Assembly (NCBI GenBank): GCA_049324275.1
Contig: JBMOLG010000006.1
Coordinates: forward strand, 118,056-182,055
Direction of reading: 5' to 3'
Source of the DNA: Nanobdellota archaeon
Lineage (GTDB): Archaea > Nanobdellota > Nanobdellia > Pacearchaeales > GW2011-AR1
DNA: 64,000 nucleotides
The notes below the pieces were generated by a model. That model was not told where the DNA came from. It was given only the letters and a program-made list of their open reading frames with translations, and did not search any database. Positions 1 through 8,759 of this stretch are shown piece by piece. Each line of letters opens with the position of its first letter. Positions within the stretch are counted from its first letter, which is position 1. The position numbers were made by a program, and so were the translations under genes.

Positions 1-170
1 GTTCTGGCGGTGCGGGGGGGAATATGAGTCAAACACAAACACAGAATCAAACACAAACAAATTCTACAATAAAGGCAACGGGAGACACAATTTTAATGAA
101 ATCTCCTAATGGCAAGGCATGGAAATGCGGGCCTAATGATTCTGGGAATTGGAATTGTATAGCTGCTTAA
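1..170 (+). CDS. C-terminal end of an ORF that begins upstream of the window (hypothetical)
   Basis: Frame 3 is open from the window edge to TAA 168-170 (...SQTQTQNQTQTNSTIKATGDTILMKSPNGKAWKCGPNDSGNWNCIAA*). No family recognised. Confidence 0.3.
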   Translation, partial: SGGAGGNMSQTQTQNQTQTNSTIKATGDTILMKSPNGKAWKCGPNDSGNWNCIAA

Positions 171-204
171 ATTTTTACTTTTATTTTTTACCTTTTTCTT
201 CTTT

Positions 205-642
205 TTAATTAATTAAAAATAAGTCTAATGCAAAATTTTTATTTGTTGATTCATATTTTCTTGAGTTTTCTAGATCAAGATTAGATAAATATTTTCCAAA
301 TCGTTTTATGCAGAAACAAACTTCATCTCCTTCTTTAAATGATGGCTCTTTTGGAAATTTTTTATCAAGATAAACATCTTTCTCAAGCTTCCGCATCCTT
401 TGCCCAAGCTCTTCTGTTGCTTCTAATTGCTCACCTTTGTCATTAATTAGGCTATAAGTAACAAGATACGTGTCTCTTTGAATTACACAATTTATGACAA
501 TATTCCTTGTAAATTCTTCTGACCATTCAATTTTTTTGAATTTAGTATCTGCATAACCCGAATGAATCCATTTTTCAGTATTTATGATTCTGCCATTAAC
601 CTCTTTGTATAAAAATTTTCTGAAAAACTCTTTTATTGCCAT
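205..642 (-). CDS. hypothetical protein (145 aa)
   Basis: ATG-initiated ORF. A TATA-like octamer at 664-671 lies 21 nt upstream. No motif recognised. Confidence 0.45.
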   Translation of the reverse strand: MAIKEFFRKFLYKEVNGRIINTEKWIHSGYADTKFKKIEWSEEFTRNIVINCVIQRDTYLVTYSLINDKGEQLEATEELGQRMRKLEKDVYLDKKFPKEPSFKEGDEVCFCIKRFGKYLSNLDLENSRKYESTNKNFALDLFLIN

Positions 643-671
643 AAACTTAATTAAGAAATTGATTTTTAAAT

Positions 672-1457
672 TTAATCATCTTTCCAGGCTAAATCAAACA
701 TGTAAGCTAATGCTTCTGCAAAATAAGGAGAATTTATCCAAATTCCATAATCAAAATCTTCGTGAACTGATGTTGGCTTTATTGTGAACACAAGCTCCTT
801 TCTGTCAACTATCAAGAATCTTGAATTCATCTTCTTGCTTTTTATCAAAACTTTAAACTTCTTTGATAATTTTTTTGCTTCTTGATCAGAATCAGATATC
901 ATTACCCTTATGTCAATTTTTCTTTTTCTTAATTTGTCAAATATATCTGAGAACATTTTAGCTTTGACAGCTAATTCATAACTTGAACTTATCAAATAAA
1001 CAGATTTTTCTGCACTTTCCATAATGTGCCTCATCTGCATATAGAGATTGTTTCTTCCTTTTATTGATGTAGAGATTTCCTGATTTTTTATAGGCTCTAT
1101 TCCTATTGAGTATAATTCCTGCAATTCTTTGTATTCAGGTGTTTCTTTTAAATTAGTCAATGCATTTACTCTTTCTTCTGCATTTTTCATTGTATTATTT
1201 TTAAGTTTTTCAAGAATAATATTTGGCTTTACTGCGATATACTTAATTGGCTTGCCCAGTTTCTCAACAACAAATCCTCTTTTTTCAAGGCTTTCTAAAA
1301 CATCATATGTCCTGCTTCTTGGAACACTGGAAATTTCTGCAATTTCACCTGCTGAAGAAACCCCTTTAGATAATAAAGCGAGCCATACCTTTGTTTCATA
1401 AATGTTTAAATCAAAATAGTCTTTAATCTTCTTTATTAATTCTGTTTTTACAAGCAT
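672..1457 (-). CDS. TrmB-family transcriptional regulator, long form (261 aa)
   Basis: N-terminal winged HTH typical of TrmB (YETKVWLALLSKGVSSAGEIAEISSVPRSRTYDVLESLEKRGFV) plus a long C-terminal domain. GGAG lies 5 nt before the ATG, so the mRNA is leadered. Confidence 0.8.
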   Translation of the reverse strand: MLVKTELIKKIKDYFDLNIYETKVWLALLSKGVSSAGEIAEISSVPRSRTYDVLESLEKRGFVVEKLGKPIKYIAVKPNIILEKLKNNTMKNAEERVNALTNLKETPEYKELQELYSIGIEPIKNQEISTSIKGRNNLYMQMRHIMESAEKSVYLISSSYELAVKAKMFSDIFDKLRKRKIDIRVMISDSDQEAKKLSKKFKVLIKSKKMNSRFLIVDRKELVFTIKPTSVHEDFDYGIWINSPYFAEALAYMFDLAWKDD

Positions 1458-1591
1458 TTTAACTCCGTGTTTTTACTACTAACTCAAACAAAAGATATTT
1501 ATAAATCTTTCTGTCTGTTATCTTTTAAAAGTGACTACAAGAAAAATTTATAAACTTGTAAATTCTATTGCTCAATTATTGATTACTGCTT

Positions 1592-1867
1592 CTATTTCCA
1601 CGGCGCATGCCCAAATTGTATAATCAATTCTGCATCGCTATTCGGCAGGTCGCAAGCCCCAAAACAACTGCCAAGCCAGATAAAAATATCTGTTTCAATA
1701 TTTGCATTATTTTTAATATAATCTGTAATTGCTGTTGCATAAGGCTTTAGCCCATCAGGAAGTTGCAGAAGGATTTTTTTTGGCTTGGTTTTTTGAATTT
1801 CTTTTATGATCTTGTCTAACTCTAATTCATATTTTTCCTCAAGTTGCTTAATAGTTCTTTCTTCCAT
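1592..1867 (-). pseudogene. dph2: N-terminal fragment (91 aa) of diphthamide synthase Dph2
   Basis: KKILLQLPDGLKPYATAI...GSCFGACDL...AELIIQFGHA matches the first ~90 residues of archaeal Dph2 (~330-340 aa). The ORF stops after GHAPWK, and only 134 bp of non-coding DNA follow. Confidence 0.6.
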
Positions 1868-1943
1868 ATTTTTATACAGAAAGAGGATTTATTTATTTTG
1901 TTGTTTCTATAAATAAAAATAAAAAATTTATTTTAGGATAGAA

Positions 1944-2168
1944 TTAAACTAAGAATCTTTTTTGATCTGATGTTTTAAATTTATGATCATATCCTTGTTT
2001 ATTACTCTGGACCAGGAGATTATTTGTAATCACATCAGGTGTAAGATATGCTACCATTGGAAGTTGTTTAATTAATTCTTCGGTTGGTAAGATTATCCCT
2101 ACTGAGTTATTACTCTGACTTAGCCCAAAACCATATTTTCTGAATACACTATGTAAATCTTCACTCAT
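1944..2168 (-). CDS. hypothetical protein (74 aa), last gene of a 3-gene orphan operon
   Basis: ATGA start/stop overlap with the upstream ORF 2165-2488. Confidence 0.4.
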   Translation of the reverse strand: MSEDLHSVFRKYGFGLSQSNNSVGIILPTEELIKQLPMVAYLTPDVITNNLLVQSNKQGYDHKFKTSDQKRFLV

Positions 2169-2488
2169 CTTAGTAAATTCTTCAGTTTTTGAAGTATATA
2201 AAGTCCCAATTTACCTTCAGGTTTATAATCTCTGAATATTTTGGTTTTGCCATAAACTCCAAGTAACATATTCTGTTCAGTGACTTTCATAACTTCAAGG
2301 ATTCTTTTTCTTGCATCTTCATTCTCAATTCTTCCTGTTAAAGTTATTAGGTCAATATCGCTTTTATCTATATCTTTTATTGCTTCTTCAACAGTTCTAA
2401 ATTCTAATACCCCTCCTGAAATCTTGTATAAGTAATCTTTATCCCAACTTGATTCTATTTCTACATCATTAAATTTATATTGTCTCAT
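2165..2488 (-). CDS. hypothetical protein (107 aa)
   Basis: ORF in an operon with 2520-3392 and 1944-2168. No motif recognised. Confidence 0.5.
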   Translation of the reverse strand: MRQYKFNDVEIESSWDKDYLYKISGGVLEFRTVEEAIKDIDKSDIDLITLTGRIENEDARKRILEVMKVTEQNMLLGVYGKTKIFRDYKPEGKLGLYILQKLKNLLR

Positions 2489-2519
2489 TTTTATTTATAC
2501 CTCCTTACATCTATTAATC

Positions 2520-3392
2520 TCAAATATTCCAATTGATATATCCCCCATTATCCACCCTTTCCAAATATTTTGTTTTATCAAAAATTAAATTATGATGCTC
2601 TTGAAATGATTTTATTAATCTCAAGAATAAATCCTGACTTTTTTCAGATTCCTGCCAAATTTTATTTTTTATATCGATCCATGGACTATTCTCATCAAAT
2701 GATTTATAATCCTCTGCCCATTCAGTAGGCATTATTTTGTTTTTGATTGAATCAGCAATATTTGAGTAAATTTTGCACATTACTCCATAATAAATAGAAT
2801 GAAAATCTTCATTTGCTTGTTTTCTCATTTCGGGTTCAATCTGATTAAGCCTTATGATAGAATGCAATCGGTAAAAATCTTCTGCCAAGTCCATTATCTC
2901 TCTGTTTTGTGTTAGTGATCTTATACATCCATTTCTGTTCAATCCATTAAATCCACTTTGTTGACATCCACTCTCAATATTGAAAAATTCTCTACCAAAC
3001 ATCATTCCTTCTAATTTTGGTGAAATATCCTGCCAAAATACTTTCTTATGCATTTTATCTCTTTTATGATTATTAGCTTTCTCTAGAAAATAAGCGAAAT
3101 TTTTCTGTCTTTGTTCATAATTAGTTCCGTTGAAAAAGTCAGGATATTTTTGCCAGGCATTGAATTTTGTTATTTGGTAATCTCCCAAGGTTATTTTGTT
3201 AGATACATTCCAATCTTCAAATTCTTCCAATATCTTATCAAAATTTTCTATGCCAAAAAAGAAACCTGATAGATAAGTTAATGCTGCTTTATGTCCATAA
3301 TTTACATATTCAGGTTCTCTCTTGTATTTATCTAAATTATTCTTGATATTTTGGTGTAAATTCTCTATTTCTTGTTCAAGTTTTTTTATCAT
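2520..3392 (-). CDS. hypothetical protein (290 aa)
   Basis: Long ORF with AGGAGA 7 nt before the ATG. Divergent from TrmB paralogue A. Confidence 0.55.
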   Translation of the reverse strand: MIKKLEQEIENLHQNIKNNLDKYKREPEYVNYGHKAALTYLSGFFFGIENFDKILEEFEDWNVSNKITLGDYQITKFNAWQKYPDFFNGTNYEQRQKNFAYFLEKANNHKRDKMHKKVFWQDISPKLEGMMFGREFFNIESGCQQSGFNGLNRNGCIRSLTQNREIMDLAEDFYRLHSIIRLNQIEPEMRKQANEDFHSIYYGVMCKIYSNIADSIKNKIMPTEWAEDYKSFDENSPWIDIKNKIWQESEKSQDLFLRLIKSFQEHHNLIFDKTKYLERVDNGGYINWNI

Positions 3393-3440
3393 TTTGTTAT
3401 CTCCTAATAGTAATCACATAATTAAATACAATATAAACAT

Positions 3441-3464
3441 TTATCCTACAATTTTGTAGGATAA
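3441..3464. promoter_or_regulatory. Palindromic operator candidate TTATCCTACAA-TT-TTGTAGGATAA
   Basis: Perfect 11-bp arms with a 2-nt centre. It sits between the TATA-like box of the minus operon (3431-3438) and that of the TrmB gene (3473-3480). Confidence 0.5.
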
Positions 3465-3502
3465 TAGAAAGGAATAAAAACATTAAAATATCTTGTTGAG
3501 AT

Positions 3503-4216
3503 ATGGATACAAAAGCGTTAGAAGAAATCGGATTAACGCAAGGGGAAATTAAGGTGTACCTTGCTTTGCTTGAATTAGGTGAAAGTTCAGCAGGGACAAT
3601 ACTCGAAAAGGCAAAAGTCCAAAATTCTGTTTTTCATCTTTGCATTAACCAACTTATCGAAAAAGGATTTGTTTCATATGCAAAAAAGAACAAATTCAGA
3701 TTGTATAAAGCAGCAGATCCAAATAACCTTTTGATTTATCTTAAAGATAAAGAAAAACAAATTCAAGAACTCCTGCCTGAGTTAAAATCAAAACAATCTT
3801 TAAAAATAGGAAAAGAGCAAGTTGAATTATTCGAGGGAATAAAAGGCATAATCACCTTATTAAATGAATTGATTACAGATGCTAAAAAAGGTGATGAATT
3901 TTTGTTTTTTTCCCCTGAAATTGAAGAAAATGAAGAGATCCAGAAATTTTATGAAAAGTATGATTTAAAGAGAAAAGAAAAAGGATTAAGCGTGAAAGGA
4001 ATCGCTCCTGAAAATCATAAACAATTCTTTGAAAAGAGAAAATATATCAAGATGAAATATACTAAAATCCCCCTTCCTGCGAATACTGGAATGTGCAATG
4101 ATAGAGTTGCCATTATCTCTTGGGAAGAAAAACCTATGGGAATTTTAATTTATTCTAAACACATTGCAAAAAAACAAAAAGATTTTTTTAATGCCTTATG
4201 GAATTTTTGTAAATGA
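3503..4216 (+). CDS. TrmB-like transcriptional regulator, paralogue A (237 aa)
   Basis: LGLTQGEIKVYLALLELGESSAGTILEKAKV HTH. The C-terminal ...ISWEEKPMGILIYSKHIAKKQKDFFNALW is shared with paralogues at 15275, 19058 and 62256. Confidence 0.8.
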   Translation: MDTKALEEIGLTQGEIKVYLALLELGESSAGTILEKAKVQNSVFHLCINQLIEKGFVSYAKKNKFRLYKAADPNNLLIYLKDKEKQIQELLPELKSKQSLKIGKEQVELFEGIKGIITLLNELITDAKKGDEFLFFSPEIEENEEIQKFYEKYDLKRKEKGLSVKGIAPENHKQFFEKRKYIKMKYTKIPLPANTGMCNDRVAIISWEEKPMGILIYSKHIAKKQKDFFNALWNFCK

Positions 4217-4318
4217 TTAATCTTTAATATCAAAAATAGTTTATTTTAATTCTGTCATGAGACTTCTATTTAAAGCTATCAACCCAATCTTTAAAAAGCA
4301 TTTTCTCTTTAATCAATT

Positions 4319-5329
4319 ATGAAACATACATGGAAGATTACTTTTATTCTTTTAACTATGTTTTTAGCCACACAATTTATTGGATTGATTGTTATCAATG
4401 CGTATTCTCCTACTCAAAAGATAATCATAAATCAGAGTACAGGTCAGGAAGAAATTGTCAATGTTCATGAGCCTCTTCCTTATGGAATGGAGCCTCCTCA
4501 GACAGAGCAGAAACTGAATCTTATTTCAATAATCATTTCATTTACTATTGCCATTAGTTTAGTCTTGATTTTTATAAAGTATAAATTTAAATTTATAATT
4601 AAAGCATGGTTTTTTATAGTCGTTGCATTAGCATTGGCAATATCTTTGAATGCTTTATTAATGTCCGCATTCCCGAATCTTAAATTTGCACAATTTAATT
4701 ATGCAAGTTCTCAAATTAGTTATCTTGCCTTGAGCATGCTTGTCTTGAGCATTATTATATCTTTTCTCAAAGTTTATAGGCCCAATTTTATTTTGCATAA
4801 TTTGACTGAACTATTTATTTATCCTGGAATTGCGGCAGTGTTTGTGCCTATATTAAATGTAGTAAGCATTATTTTTTTGTTAATTCTGATTTCTATCTAT
4901 GACATGTGGGCAGTTTGGCATTCGGGAATAATGCAGAAGATGGCAAAGTTTCAAATAGAAGAATTAAAGGTGCTAGGCGGATTTTTGGTTCCATACATTC
5001 CTGCAAATCTAAAGAAAAAACTTAAAAAAATGAAAAAATCAGAACTGAAAAATAAAAAAATAAAAATTTCACTTGCAATACTTGGGGGTGGAGACATCGT
5101 CTTCCCAATAATTACTGCAGGTGTTTTTTTAAGAAATTCTTCATTTGGATTAATTCCTGCACTTTTTGTAATTTTTGGCGCATTTTGCGGTTTGTTGTTC
5201 TTATTCTTAAGATCTGAGAAAAAGAAATTTTATCCTGCTATGCCATTCATAACTATAGGAATATTTGCCGGAATAATTTTAAGTTTTTTAGTGAAATTAA
5301 TTTCATTAAGTTTCTTTATGCTTGTCTAG
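4319..5329 (+). CDS. Presenilin/signal-peptide-peptidase-like intramembrane aspartyl protease (family A22)
   Basis: Polytopic membrane protein carrying the YD motif (ISIYDMWAVW), the GxGD motif (LGGGDIVFP) and a PAL-like motif (YPAMPF). TATA 4290-4297 lies 21 nt before the ATG. Confidence 0.75.
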   Translation: MKHTWKITFILLTMFLATQFIGLIVINAYSPTQKIIINQSTGQEEIVNVHEPLPYGMEPPQTEQKLNLISIIISFTIAISLVLIFIKYKFKFIIKAWFFIVVALALAISLNALLMSAFPNLKFAQFNYASSQISYLALSMLVLSIIISFLKVYRPNFILHNLTELFIYPGIAAVFVPILNVVSIIFLLILISIYDMWAVWHSGIMQKMAKFQIEELKVLGGFLVPYIPANLKKKLKKMKKSELKNKKIKISLAILGGGDIVFPIITAGVFLRNSSFGLIPALFVIFGAFCGLLFLFLRSEKKKFYPAMPFITIGIFAGIILSFLVKLISLSFFMLV

Positions 5330-6470
5330 GCTTTTTCTTTTCTTTCTCAATTATAGAATTTATTGCTAATTCTTCCAAGCTCCCAAGCGGAAATTCCAGC
5401 CCTTGTTGCTTAAATGCCTTAGCCTCATGAGTCTCAGAATCAACAATCATTGGAATTGCGAGATAAAAGGCATTTTCATATTTGTTATTGATTTCATGCA
5501 TTTGCTCTTCAAATTTTTTATTGAGGTTAACTTCTAATTTTTTATATTTTTCCTGAATCTTCTTCTTTGCTTCTTCCCTTGGATTTTTGTTTAATTCATT
5601 AGTTTTTTGCTGATTTAACTTCCCTTTTTCTTCATTAAATTTTTTTTGAAGTTTTTCAGTCCCTGAAATCTGTTCATCATACATTTTTCCAACATTTTTT
5701 GCAATATCTGAAACAAAATTTTTTTCTCCATATTTATGAATCGCATCTGCTGCTTTATGCTCTAAAGATTTTTGATGTCTCTGCATTAACTTTGCTTCTC
5801 CCCCCGCCTGCATTGTCCAAGCAGTCTTTAGAAGATCTGATTTTAATCCATTAAACACCTGTTTATCAAAATAATTTTTGATAAAATCCTGCTGTTTTTT
5901 TGAGAATTTTTCCTGAATCTTCTTCTGATCTTCTTTGCTTGCTTTCTCACCCAAGGCTTTCAATGATTTTTGGGCTTCCAATTGCATCTTTTGCATTTCC
6001 AAATCAAAATAAGAAATGTCATGAATTTGCCTGACTACTTCATTGTATTTTGCATCTTTTTTTCCGAATATTGGAGATTTTAGCCCATATTGAATTAGAT
6101 TTTTATCTTCTATATTTTCTACAATTTTTTCAACATTAGCGACGCCATATTTTAAAAAGGTCCTTCTTGAAGCATCTGACAAGAATTCTTTTACATTTGG
6201 CAAATTGGCAAGATTTTCTTTTGCTTCATTTTGATCTGGATTTTCGGTAAATAATTTTTTGAATGTTGGTTTGTTGTATAAGATTGATGCATATTCTAAA
6301 AGCCCTTGTTGGCTGTCTAAATGCGTGCCTTCTAATTGTTTATAAAATCCAAATTTTGCAGCAAAATCCTTTGCATTAAATTTTTCTATCCCCTCAAACG
6401 GGATATAATTATATCCCGGAACAGTTTCCTGCGGTTTATGAGCCTGTTGTGGTGCAAATTGATTTGCCAT
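5316..6470 (-). CDS. hypothetical K/E/Q-rich, probably coiled-coil protein (384 aa)
   Basis: Long ORF. TTTATAAA at 6491-6498 lies 20 nt upstream. The 3' end overlaps 4319-5329 by 14 nt. Confidence 0.5.
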   Translation of the reverse strand: MANQFAPQQAHKPQETVPGYNYIPFEGIEKFNAKDFAAKFGFYKQLEGTHLDSQQGLLEYASILYNKPTFKKLFTENPDQNEAKENLANLPNVKEFLSDASRRTFLKYGVANVEKIVENIEDKNLIQYGLKSPIFGKKDAKYNEVVRQIHDISYFDLEMQKMQLEAQKSLKALGEKASKEDQKKIQEKFSKKQQDFIKNYFDKQVFNGLKSDLLKTAWTMQAGGEAKLMQRHQKSLEHKAADAIHKYGEKNFVSDIAKNVGKMYDEQISGTEKLQKKFNEEKGKLNQQKTNELNKNPREEAKKKIQEKYKKLEVNLNKKFEEQMHEINNKYENAFYLAIPMIVDSETHEAKAFKQQGLEFPLGSLEELAINSIIEKEKKKPRQA

Positions 6471-6574
6471 AAGCTTATAGGATTTTTTAATTTATAAATC
6501 TTTCTCATGTTACATCTGTTTAGTAGTTATATTTTTTGGGAAATAGTTTTAAGCAGAAGTGTTCTTATTATTTT

Positions 6575-6847
6575 ATGGATGAAGGGGGCTTAACTTTAGC
6601 TGTTCGAAACATTTTAGAGCAGGAGTTGTTTAAATCCAGGATAAATTACGATTCTATTGACATCCGATTTTATGATATCAAAAGTGTCGGAGTTCAGGGT
6701 GATGGGAGGACTTATCACAATCCTGTTGAAATTACATTAAAAAAAGACGGAGAAATAATTTGGAATCAGGATTTTTTGGAAAAAATAAGCTCAAGGATTA
6801 CTAATGAGATAGAAATGATTAATCGGGTTGTTTATACATTGAGATAA
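6575..6847 (+). CDS. Stand-alone GMP synthase C-terminal (dimerisation) domain; possible gene remnant
   Basis: KSVGVQGDGRTYHNPVEITL...ISSRITNEIEMINRVVYTL matches the GuaA C-terminal domain (KSVGVMGDxRTY...NRIINEV.GINRVVYD). The ATP-pyrophosphatase and GATase parts are absent. There is no canonical TATA at -21. Confidence 0.6.
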   Translation: MDEGGLTLAVRNILEQELFKSRINYDSIDIRFYDIKSVGVQGDGRTYHNPVEITLKKDGEIIWNQDFLEKISSRITNEIEMINRVVYTLR

Positions 6848-6849
6848 TA

Positions 6850-7350
6850 TTATTTTCTGCCTTGCAACTCTAAAAATGCCTTGACTTGCTGGACAAACGA
6901 ATCTGTTTTTTCTGCTAATTTGTCTTCATATTGTTCTTTTGTAGTTCGTATGATATACTTGTCATAAATGCTTCTCATAAATTTGTAAGTTGGTGTTGAT
7001 TGCCATCTGTCTTCATAATCGCTGACAATTGTTGCTGTAAAAGATATTTTTATTTCACCTTTATTTGTCTTTTCTTTTCTTCCATCTCTTTCAATTTCTG
7101 CTTCATTTAATCCTAAAATCTGCCATTTTACTTCTATCACATTCTTAAAATAATCTGAAATTTTTTTTCCTGCTTCCCATGAGATTTTAATCTCTTTGCC
7201 GATTGGAGTATCTTTTTCAGCATATTCTTTTTCAGCTACATTATAATTGCTGTCTTTTAAAAATCCAAAACAGAAATTGTAAAGGTCGCTAAAATTAAAA
7301 TAGCCTTTATGTTTTATAGTTTGATCAAATACAGTTGATTTCTCAGACAT
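6850..7350 (-). CDS. hypothetical protein (166 aa)
   Basis: ATG ORF with GGTG 5 nt upstream. No motif recognised. Confidence 0.5.
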   Translation of the reverse strand: MSEKSTVFDQTIKHKGYFNFSDLYNFCFGFLKDSNYNVAEKEYAEKDTPIGKEIKISWEAGKKISDYFKNVIEVKWQILGLNEAEIERDGRKEKTNKGEIKISFTATIVSDYEDRWQSTPTYKFMRSIYDKYIIRTTKEQYEDKLAEKTDSFVQQVKAFLELQGRK

Positions 7351-7396
7351 ATTACACCTTTTTGATATTTATTTAGATTAATTTATCTTTTTAAAA

Positions 7397-7771
7397 CTAT
7401 TTATTTTTTTGCCAGACTGTAGTATAAATAATGTGCAGATGATTACTACCGTGACGGCTGAAAATGAATCCCTTCTCAAGCAGTTCCTGAAATCTTTCCT
7501 TATGCAATTTGACTACACAGGTTTTTGGATTTAAAATTGTAGGATAATATCTTCGATAAAGCCCCCCATCTATGAATAATCTTTGCGGTGGAATCTTATC
7601 TACTACACTAAATCTTGTTTTTTCTATATTTATGCCTAAATTTTCGGAGCAATCCCTATATTCTAATGTTTTGCCTTCTTTTAATTCAGAAATATCTTTA
7701 TCGTATAATTGTATTGATATATGACCTGCGTGCCTTAATGCTGATGCGTTCATTTTAATTGATTTGGCCAT
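7397..7771 (-). CDS. hypothetical protein (124 aa)
   Basis: ATG ORF. No motif recognised. Confidence 0.45.
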   Translation of the reverse strand: MAKSIKMNASALRHAGHISIQLYDKDISELKEGKTLEYRDCSENLGINIEKTRFSVVDKIPPQRLFIDGGLYRRYYPTILNPKTCVVKLHKERFQELLEKGFIFSRHGSNHLHIIYTTVWQKNK

Positions 7772-7805
7772 AGAAGTTTAAATCTTTATATGCCTAGTAA
7801 AAGGA

Positions 7806-8357
7806 TCATTTAGAGTTGAAACAAAGTTCACAAATCCATTGGTTATCATCATTTAACAGAAGGTCATATTGCCCGCAGGATTCACAAATTCCGTGCTTAT
7901 TTTTTATTTCACCGCTTCTCTTTAATTTTTCGGTTTCTTCTCTTATTTTTATATTTTCAGCAATCAGTTGATATAATCCTGGCTCAATTTTTAAGATATC
8001 ATTCAAGGTCAGCATTCCGATTACATTTCCATGCTCAACAACAGGCAATCTTCTTACTCTTGTCTTTTTTATTTTATCGAGTGCTTCGCTAATATCTGCT
8101 GATGGTGAGATTGTAATAACTTTTCTTTTCATTAAATCCCTTGCCTGAACTTTGTTTAAATCGCGTGATTTTTTTACAATTGACCATATGATGTCTTTTT
8201 CAGTTAATATTCCAAGCAATTTTTCGTTTTCTTTAACAATCAAAGAGCCGACTCTTTTTTTAGCCATTGTTTCGGCGCATTTTTTTAAATCTGTTGAAGG
8301 AGAAACATAAATAAAATTCCGAGTCATTAAATCGCCAACCCGTATGCCTATTTTCAT
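7806..8357 (-). CDS. CBS-domain pair protein with C-terminal zinc ribbon
   Basis: Two CBS repeats (VGSLIVKENEKLLGILTEKDI, VRRLPVVEHGNVIGMLTLNDI) and CESCG...CELC. Start moved from GTG 8360 to ATG 8357, which has TTTATAAA about 22 nt upstream. Confidence 0.75.
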   Translation of the reverse strand: MKIGIRVGDLMTRNFIYVSPSTDLKKCAETMAKKRVGSLIVKENEKLLGILTEKDIIWSIVKKSRDLNKVQARDLMKRKVITISPSADISEALDKIKKTRVRRLPVVEHGNVIGMLTLNDILKIEPGLYQLIAENIKIREETEKLKRSGEIKNKHGICESCGQYDLLLNDDNQWICELCFNSK

Positions 8358-8462
8358 CACATATAAAACTAAAGGATCTTTTATAAATTAACATTGAATC
8401 CAAAATATATTTTAATCTAAAATAATCTTTAAAATAAATTTAATTTTAAAGTGAATATTTTT

Positions 8463-8711
8463 ATGGCAAATATTGAAAAAAATTTGGAAAAGAAACATTT
8501 AATTGCGGGTCTTTTTGGATTAATCTGCCCGATGCCTGTTTTTGGCGAGGCGTTACTGGCTTATTCTTTATATCCAATAGAGAAAGAGATATTTAAAGAG
8601 GATACATTGACTTTTTTTGCATCTTTTGCAACATCAACTTTGATAAGGCTTCCTGCATATAATCGTTTTTATCTTCCAATAATAAGTTATTGCAAAATTT
8701 TTATGAATTAA
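8463..8711 (+). CDS. small hypothetical, possibly membrane protein
   Basis: Weak call. ATG-initiated 82-aa ORF between two well-supported genes. Confidence 0.25.
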   Translation: MANIEKNLEKKHLIAGLFGLICPMPVFGEALLAYSLYPIEKEIFKEDTLTFFASFATSTLIRLPAYNRFYLPIISYCKIFMN

Positions 8712-8730
8712 TTTCTCTAAAACAATAATA

Positions 8731-8738
8731 CTTATAAA
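8731..8738 (+). promoter_or_regulatory. TATA box (CTTATAAA) of the thermosome gene
   Basis: Exactly 21 nt separate the box from ATG 8760, with no Shine-Dalgarno motif. This implies a leaderless mRNA. Confidence 0.6.
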
Positions 8739-8759
8739 CAAATTTTCATAGAGTTAGTC

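Noticed and set aside
7543-7554. 12-nt match (TTGTAGGATAAT) to the right half of the 3441-3464 operator, found inside coding sequence
   Set aside because: It is a half-site only, lies inside an ORF and is AT-rich. It is plausibly a chance match.
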